NCBI GenBank assembly: GCA_964016885.1
Contig: OZ024740.1
Location: 264,740,001-264,804,000 of the forward strand
Reading direction: 5' to 3'
Origin: Eledone cirrhosa
Lineage: Eukaryota
Length of the DNA: 64,000 nucleotides
Positions 56,001 through 64,000 of the stretch are shown here, one piece after another. Made by a program: the position numbers and the translations under genes. How positions within the stretch are numbered: position 1 is the first letter of the stretch; each line of letters starts with the position of its first letter. The notes beneath the pieces are model-generated. The model made no database searches. It had not been told where the DNA came from and saw only the letters and a list, made by a program, of their open reading frames with translations.

Positions 56001-56563
56001 AGTAGCCGGAATGTTTCCTGGAGAGGTATCGTTGACCGTCAGTGCGGATGCAATGGAGCCTATTCAGCAGAACAATATGGAAGTTCCGACTGAGTATCTG
56101 AATTCACTTGAAATACGGATTTCCCCCACATATTTTGAGGTTGAAAAAGGGTATGTCGATTATATTGCTTAGCAATATCAATCATAAAATGGGTCTTTGC
56201 AATGGTACCAGTTTGATTGTTGAGAGATTGATTAACGGAAGAGTTTTAGAAGCTAAACACCCATGCAGAGGGGAATCGATTCTCATTCCGAAGATCATGC
56301 TGAGACCAAGTGAAGATCTGCTGCTATTTATTTGGCAAAGGAGTCAGTTTCCCGTCAATTTGACCTTCTCCATGACTGTCAACAAGGCACAGCGACAGAC
56401 TTTCAAGCGACTCGGTGTCTACTTGAATCATCCAACATTCAGCCATGGGCAACTGTATGTTGCTGCATCTCGAGTGTGCGATCCTGATGGTATAAAAGTT
56501 GCAATTGATACCACTAATAGAGGAACAACCCTGAATATTGTCTATAATGAAGCTTTGAGCTGA
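53098..56563 (+). pseudogene. Helitron RepHel (HUH Rep plus PIF1 helicase), 5'-truncated, with stops and frameshifts
   Basis: GKPDLFITVTCNPEW, RPDIVAR, EFQKRGLPHAH (HUH), KYLFKYVYKGHD (Y2), GGTGKTF, GGDFRQVLP, FSHGQLYVAASRV. Confidence 0.96.
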
Positions 56564-57114
56564 TGTATGCATATCTTTAATGCTATCAATAAGCGACGTA
56601 CATGATTCTGACATTGGTGTCTTTTGATCAGTATTGTGAGCTTTGACAGAGTTATCATTTCTGTTCAATGTCATTTATTGTCGATAATGAGCAACTAAAC
56701 CAACAAGTATTGGTAGAAATTGCCTTCAAATTTATCGCTTCTGATAACGGTGGTAATAAAACCTCATCATGTTCTGAGTCTGGCAAAAAGTTTGGTGCCT
56801 ATGGCCGGTCAGGCCTAGAGTAATATTGAAAAACAATTCTATTTTCGAAGTAGAAGGATACGCCATTTGGAGTTCAAACCAGGTCACCTCCCCGAGTTGA
56901 ACTCTGGGTAATATTGGCTGTCTGTTACTCAGTGGCTAAAACCTGGAAATTACTGAATAAATGTTTGTGTCATATAATTTGTTGTTTTATTATTATAGCT
57001 GACTACTTATAGATAATCATGTTATCCATATCCATATTAATTTAGCATTTGTATAAACCATTTCAAATAAATGGGGACCCTTTTTACATTGACGGACATC
57101 TTTTATATTAATTA

Positions 57115-57474
57115 TCTATATCTATATCTACATATAATATAAAAGATTGGAACTTCCATCATCCTTTTGAGAAACGTGGAACAACCACGTCTATGCAATG
57201 ATACACGATTTACAGTCAGGCAGAAGATGAACCATCTCCTAGAGATCATTATTCTAGGTGGGAGCACCTAGATTTGTTCATATACTATGCACAAACCTTA
57301 CAACGAATAATCTGGTACATCTGGAAGATTTTTTTTACTGTTTTTTGTATCACACAGACAACACGGACTCACCTCATACTGTAACCAGACAAACATCCAA
57401 TACAGTCATTTTCTCTTTTAACTGTCTTCTCTTATCATCTGTTTACTCGGGCGAAGCTAGTCTACGTTAGCTAG
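57115..57474 (+). mobile_element. Short Helitron-like unit, or the 3' terminus of the RepHel element
   Basis: A|TCTATATC..TATAAAAG start; CGGGCGAAGC..GCTAG|T end with a decayed hairpin. Confidence 0.55.
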
Positions 57475-57540
57475 TATATTCTTATAGCAAGTTATACAAA
57501 GTGAACAGATAAATAAACATATATAGCTACAGATATATTA

Positions 57541-59400
57541 TCTTACATACAAAGTGAAGTTGGGCGTTGTTTGTTTGTTTGGTGTCCCGAACTTGCAGGC
57601 TACACCGTTCATCCGATTTTCATGAAACTTGACACACATATAAAACTCGACCCGTAGATTGGAATACGCTGGAGCAAATTTTCGAAAAATCGATTAGCGG
57701 TCTCCCAGAAGCCAAAAATCAATATTTTCAAAAATCGTCCGATTTCGATGAAACTCGACGCAAGTGTGTATTTTGATCCGCGGATTAACGTGCGCTACAT
57801 TGAAATTAAAATCGATAATTGGATCACCAGAAGGAAAAATCGATTCAAATGAAATTTGACGTAGGCATGTATTTTGATGCGGGTGTAAACGTGCGAAAAT
57901 CCGGCAACCGAAAAACGCCATTCTCTTGCTTCCATTTGTCGCGACTCCCGCCATGCAAAAAACGTTCAATCTATCAGGATTATCCACAGTAAGTCTCTTT
58001 AAATTAACGCTCACCATATTCAGAAAAAACTTTTATGCCGATTCTTCCATTTCTTATATAAGGACTATCAAGACTACACCGCCGCTCATCAGCCTGTATT
58101 GCCCCCAGTCTTCTCAAGCGATCATCGAGCCTCCATGCGCTCTCTTCATTCCCGTTGTCCCACTACCGTAGCATAATGAGGCATCCGTCAACCCCTGCCC
58201 TCTCCCTTCCCTGCACGCCGTCGATCCACTGAATCGATGTGCATCACCATGCGCATCTCAGCCTTGTCAGCCACAATTCATTCCTCGGCTCTTTCCATTG
58301 CTTGCCCTCCGTGATCCCTAAGGACTACCATGGCTCAACATGCCGAATCCCTGCCACTTTCAAGTAGCAACACTTTCATTTCTCCTGACATGCCTTTCTG
58401 TCAATTATGGCCGAGAAGCATACTGTGTAGCATCACTTCTTCCCAAGCGATCAGCGTGCCTTCCACTGTCCTCACAATTGACTCACAACGCCGCATCTCT
58501 TCCCTACGATGCCCCTAAACATCATCAGCATGGCTTATTTTTCTGCCGCGTTTAACCGGCCCTCATTCTAGGCCATAAACAACAAAACCGCACGAGGATG
58601 TTGCGTAAGTCTATTTATATTAATGGTCAACATGTTCAGCAATACAATTGTACCAATTCTTACTCTTCACCTCCAAGGCTTATCCATTACATCTTAGAGG
58701 TCGGGATTCGCAATTTCTACGATTTCAATATTGACACAACAGTCCGTCAGGTTTTTCGGCACATGTTCACAAACCATACTTGAAGACACGTTGAGGCTGC
58801 TGCAAAGGGCAATAACCCTAGACACAATTTTGATCAAGTTCTTTTCACCTATAGCAAATTTACCGGGACAGGTTTTTAGCTACTCAAATCTACTTCAAAG
58901 ATCAGGAATTCATGTGAAAAATCAATAAAACTGAAGCGGGGGTTCGACTTTGCGTAATAAACAAAGTTGCACATGGGAAAACCTTTTACAGGAACGTCCG
59001 ATTTTCTTGAAAACTGTCGCAAAAGACACGCCATTATGCCGCGGTTCAGATAAAGCCCCGGTTATTTCTTCTTCTGCACATGTGAGCGCGAAAATTGTAA
59101 AAAAGAAAAATGTGAAAAAATCGACTTTTTCACCCTGCTTCAAAAATCAACTGAAAATTCAATTTCAAGTGAATTTGACTTCCGTCAGTCGTGCAAAGAA
59201 CAATTTCAACGATACACTGTGAACCTACAATTGAACCATTATTTATGCTCAATTACACACCTGCGTCTACTAACCTCTGTTTTTTTTCCTTGAGGTTCGA
59301 AGGTTTTTGCACCTGTGATGCGCGGGAAGTAACTTTCACACATTTTAACAGCAGAGCAGAGATCGACTTACACCTGGGCAACGCCGGGTACTTCTCCTAG
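57541..59400 (+). mobile_element. Non-autonomous Helitron with unidentified internal sequence
   Basis: A|TCTTACATACAAAGTGAAG..(GTTT)n..CCGATTTTCATGAAACTTG; CCTGGGCAACGCCGGGTACTTCTCCTAG|T. Confidence 0.85.
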
Positions 59401-59473
59401 TATATATATATATATATATATATGATAATAAGGGCGCTGCGGAGTTGCAAATGGATTACATATGAAAAAAGTT

Positions 59474-59577
59474 TGTCCTTCATCAGTGATCTTCCAACTA
59501 TCATAGGTATTTCATCGCTTTAAAGACCATACACCTCCGGTTGGTGCGAGCAACGGCTAAAAAAAGTCGTTGGGACA
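59474..59577 (-). ncRNA. Permuted, k-turn-containing hammerhead-like RNA, copy 3 (diverged, covarying)
   Basis: TGTCC CAACGACT tttttt AGCCGTTG c TCGCA CCAACC GGA GGTG TA TGGTCT ttaa AGCGA T GAAA TACC TAT GAT AGTTGG a AGATCA CTGATGA A GGACA. Confidence 0.72.
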
Positions 59578-59761
59578 CGTAAATAAAGGGGACGCGAGGG
59601 TAAACAAACAAAATGGTGAGGCAACAGAAAGTGAGGAAGGAGGAAACAAGTCCCAGATTTCTATGAATTTAAGTTCGGTGAAATCGTGAACGAGAGAATA
59701 AAGACCATCAAACCTGGTTGAAATGTGAGCAAGGAAGGAATTTCGCACAGGTCTAACGGGA

Positions 59762-59844
<83 letters not shown>

Positions 59845-59858
59845 TATATATATATATT

Positions 59859-60011
59859 CAGTGACTAATTTGTTATTTTGTGTCTCTCCTTTGTTCTGTC
59901 CTACACCATCTTGTTTCTCTGTGCAACCCAAGTACACACCACACAATTAACAAAATCAAGATGATGTAGGACAGAAGAAAAGAGAGACACAAAATAACAA
60001 ATAAGTCACTG
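59859..60011. repeat. Fold-back (about 55-bp arms)
   Basis: CAGTGACTAATTTGTTATTTTGTGTCTCTC / GAGAGACACAAAATAACAAATAAGTCACTG. Confidence 0.88.
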
Positions 60012-60217
60012 GGGAGATCACAGAATTTGTTTCGAAAGAGCTTTGACAATAAACCAATAAACACATAAACAACGATCCGGTAATTAAACTAAGCAAATGG
60101 AAATTTATAATAAATTGAAGTGTTTTTTATTGGCAACATGACCCTCCCAAAGTATAACAATATGTTTTAACACACGTTTTCAGATTAGGAATCTTGCAAA
60201 ACAAATACAAAAATGCA

Positions 60218-60288
<71 letters not shown>

Positions 60289-60454
60289 TATATTTAAATG
60301 TGTTAAATGTGTATGTAAATACAAAATTGTGTAAAGTTAAATCGCAATTAAAAATCTATTTTTAATAATAACATACTATAAACATCATTTATATCGATAT
60401 GTTGAAAATAACTTTAATTGAACATCTATTGAAAGTATATAGTATAGTGTTTTG

Positions 60455-60528
<74 letters not shown>

Positions 60529-61567
60529 ACATATATACATATATGTGTGTGTACTTATAATATATATAAATTTGTTCCCCAAAGGATATATTTATAAGTG
60601 TGCAAACTCTATCGATAATTCGCGAGAAATATTTCAGTTCGACATTAATTTTATCTTGACAATAGGCATAATCCATCAGTGCTGGCTGCAGCTTAACTTC
60701 ACCGTTTCGACATCCATCTACAAACCGAAAAATTATGAAAAGATATTTTCCTCAAGAAACATATCTCGCGGATGTTCTCACACATTAACAAGAAATTGTC
60801 TTCTATTATTGTTACTTTGCAAGTGATTTAAGTTTCTATATCATTCAGGAGAGGAGACGAACCAGATAAGAATCAAGAACTTGAGGGTATTTCTAAAATT
60901 AACGGGACGAAGCCAATCTATTTGTATCAAGCAGAAAAAAGATAGCTGCAGGTGGCCATTATATTTGGTTGAACAGCTTGACAGATTCAATCTGGTAATC
61001 ATCTGGGTAAAATTAGTGGGAGGGGTGCATATTCCTAATTTTATGATTATTTGCAAATATGTTTAGGGCTTATTTTACATTAAAATTATTGTTGGCCTCA
61101 AGCTTTTCTTTTAATAGTTTTCATTTTTCCTTAAAGCAAATTCCTTGAGGGGAAAATAACAAACATATTAATACAAGCATCATCTCCAAATAGACACAAA
61201 TAGCCCTCTTTATAGTATTAATGAAATTTTCTAAAATCACCTGTTTCTATCGTGTACAAGAAACGTTATACAATCACACAAGCGTGATGTGTAAGTTCGC
61301 ATACAAACAGCTACATAAGGTTTAGTTAGGACGCTTATAATTATATATATGCTCATGTATCTATCTGTATGTATAATCTATAAATAAATATATATATATA
61401 TTTATAAATTATACATACATGATCATATATATATTTCTTTCTCTATTTCTGTCTCTCTACTTTCCTATTCTATATGTCTTCTCCTGCCCGCCTCTCTCTC
61501 CATACTCCCCATGCATTGAGTACTCCCATGATTAGTTGTCTCCTCGGTCTCAGGCATGCAGATCCTT

Positions 61568-61599
<32 letters not shown>

Positions 61600-61872
61600 C
61601 AAATACATAACACACACACACAGACACACACCTATTATATATATATATATACATATATTTTTAGGAACGATCGACTTTCGTCAAATCGGATCGAAGGAAC
61701 AATGTTTCAGTTGGTCTTTCCAATTGCTAATACTATCTATCGGTCGCAACTCCAGGTAGAAGGAGCAACGTGAAATAAAGTGTTTTGCTCAAGGACATAA
61801 CGCATCACCTGGTCCACGAATCGTACACTGTTCGGCAACCATCGTTGCCATTTTGTTCAACACTGACAAAGG

Positions 61873-61917
61873 TACGATGAACTAGTTTCTAGCTTATTAG
61901 CTGTCATCAGCACCGTA
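61873..61917 (-). ncRNA. Minimal type-I hammerhead with palindromic helix III
   Basis: TACGGTG-CTGATGA-CAGCT(aata)AGCTA-GAAA-CTAG-TT-CATCGTA; GUU site; C.A mismatch at 10.1/11.1. Confidence 0.75.
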
Positions 61918-62359
61918 TACATTCCTGTCATTTGATTGAACGTTTGAAAGTATATACTTTCCTCATGCATATTAACGGCTGAGCAGAATAATTTGCATAT
62001 CGAGTGAGTTAGTCGACCGGGCGCACCGGGAACGATAAATGGAGAAGTGCTCCGGCTCTAATTATAAACACACCCACCGACACTCTCCAGTTTCTGCTCT
62101 GTAGTCTTGTAGTCTCCGTTTTCTCTCTCCTTCTGTATTTTTCTTTCTACATCTCTTCAACTCGTACTAGAATGGTCTCTGATCTTTGGGGCTTGTTAGT
62201 CTCACGACTATTCCAGTTAGCGTCTCCCATCCAAATATTTCTTATTCCTCTCAACATTCTTATCGTGTTCAATGGCTCAGACAATCTATGAACCTCTACT
62301 CCAAGTCGTTCCTTTCCAGAAGTTGGGTCTTCTGGAGCTCGTTTCTTGATTGTGCTCTA

Positions 62360-63005
62360 AATACCTGAATAATATTGGTGTCTTATATAGGCACAAGGCT
62401 AGCAATTTTGGGGGAGGGGGAAGTCGATTAAATTGAAACCAGTGCGTGACTGGTACTTTATTTTATCGACTCCGTAAGGATGAAAGGCAAAGTGAACCTC
62501 GGCGGGATTTGAACTCAGATCATAAAGGGCCGTAATTCTATACTGCAAAGCATGGCGTCCGACCCTCTACTGATACTGCCAATCGACCGCCCCGAATACA
62601 TGAATAATAATTGTTTCTATTTTTGGCACAAGGCCAGCAATTATCCTAGTGTATTACTGGTACTTTATTTTATCGACTCCGTAAGGATGAAAGGCAAAGT
62701 GAACCTCGGCGGGATTTGAACTCAGATCATAAAGGGCCGTAATTCTATGCTGCAAAGCATGGCGTCCGACCCTCTACTGATATGCCAATCGAGCGCCCCG
62801 AATACCTGAATAATAACTGTTTCTATTTTAGGAACAAGGCCAGCAATTATCCCAGTACATTACTGGTACTTTATTTTATCGACCCCATAAGGATGAAAGG
62901 CAAAGTTAACCTCGGCCGGATTTGAACTCAGATCGTAAAGGGACGTAACTATGCTACAAAGCATGTCCGACCCTCTACCGATACTGCCAATTCACAATAA
63001 TAATA
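62360..63005 (-). mobile_element. Three tandem SINE A copies
   Basis: Units at about 62378-62593, 62610-62800 and 62816-62993, separated by AATAC(C/A)TGAATAATA. Confidence 0.92.
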
Positions 63006-63784
63006 ATATCTATTGAGTACTTGCATTTCTCTTTTATGGCTAGACGTTATATAATCAGATGAAATATTTCAACGAACATCGTACGGAAGGAAGAATATAT
63101 TTTCTGAAAAGATATGACTAGAGATTGAATGTATTTTTAATTAATATTATAATATTGAATATCTATAAAAGAAATTGATTTGCTATTAAATAATATGTGC
63201 GATCGTAATTTTCTCATATTTCGGTTTTCATACACTTTATTTCCTTGTTAGTATAACTCGTAGGTCGTGCAATACACCTTGAACAACATTCAGGTGTACA
63301 GCTTATAACATATTAAAACCTGCAAAAATAAGAAATATATAAAAGATTTGAAATTATTTAAGAAGTATTTGAAATCTTTAGTTTTGGAATTAAAATAAAA
63401 ACCCTAATCGACTCAATGGGGCTATTGCAAAGCTAGGTTCTGATTTTGCTTTGCTACGTTCTAATGGGAAATATTAGGATATTGTTAAGACTAACATGGT
63501 TGTTATAGATGGTGTTTGGTGGTGTAAATAAGAAGGAGGAGGATGTCGGATTCCATTCGTGCAGTCACTCCTGCACCAACTTTATCGTCTACAGTTATAT
63601 TTTACCGAACTTAATCAATTATTGTTTCTGGTTATCATCAATTACTTATCGATGTATGCATCGTAGTTAGCATATTTTCCACATTCCTCAACGTTTTGTA
63701 CATAGATACATACACACACTCACGCATACATATATATGTATATATATATGCATATATATGCATATACATATATATATATATATA

Positions 63785-63862
<78 letters not shown>

Positions 63863-64000
63863 TATACAAAATTTGTTTAATGAAGTATGATACGTAGCCT
63901 TATGTACAGTTCATTATAATAAATTATCGTATTTTGAGCCGCTTTAACTTCTCCACGCACTTTGTTTCCACTTTTTATATTTAAACCCTAATATATATAT

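Noticed and set aside
54466-56563. Host PIF1 gene
   Set aside because: Intronless, fused to a HUH Rep domain and disrupted, so it is a Helitron RepHel.
60840-60950. Possible plus-strand exon (RGDEPDKNQELEG..)
   Set aside because: Short, ends in a stop and has no recognisable homology.
62360-63005. CRISPR-like repeat/spacer pattern
   Set aside because: The units are SINE copies in eukaryotic DNA, with no unique spacers and no cas genes.

Overview
Eukaryotic (animal) genomic DNA: AT-rich, full of (TA)n/(CA)n/(GAA)n microsatellites and made up almost entirely of mobile-element debris. The SINE, Helitron and microsatellite profile looks like an octopus/coleoid cephalopod genome (inference). I found no host protein-coding gene I can support. 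Recognisable elements are a near full-length Tx1-clade LINE and a decayed inverted second copy, an R4/Dong-like RLE LINE, RTE fragments, a CRE-like fragment, Penelope-like (PLE) GIY-YIG fragments, a Ty3/Gypsy 3' end, one long RepHel Helitron plus several non-autonomous Helitrons, tRNA-derived SINEs and a mariner-like MITE. The window also holds about ten type-I hammerhead ribozyme (HHR) motifs, many in PLE-type terminal repeats and fold-backs. The most unusual signal is three 104-nt minus-strand copies (37913-38016, 38438-38541, 59474-59577) of a structured RNA. It carries all hammerhead core nucleotides in a non-standard strand order (UH, then GAAA, then CUGAUGA), has a consensus kink-turn in helix III, has a four-way junction replacing loop II, and shows base-pair covariation between copies. 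Two copies are 525 nt apart in tandem, like a retrozyme. All structures were read by eye; no folding or database search was run.
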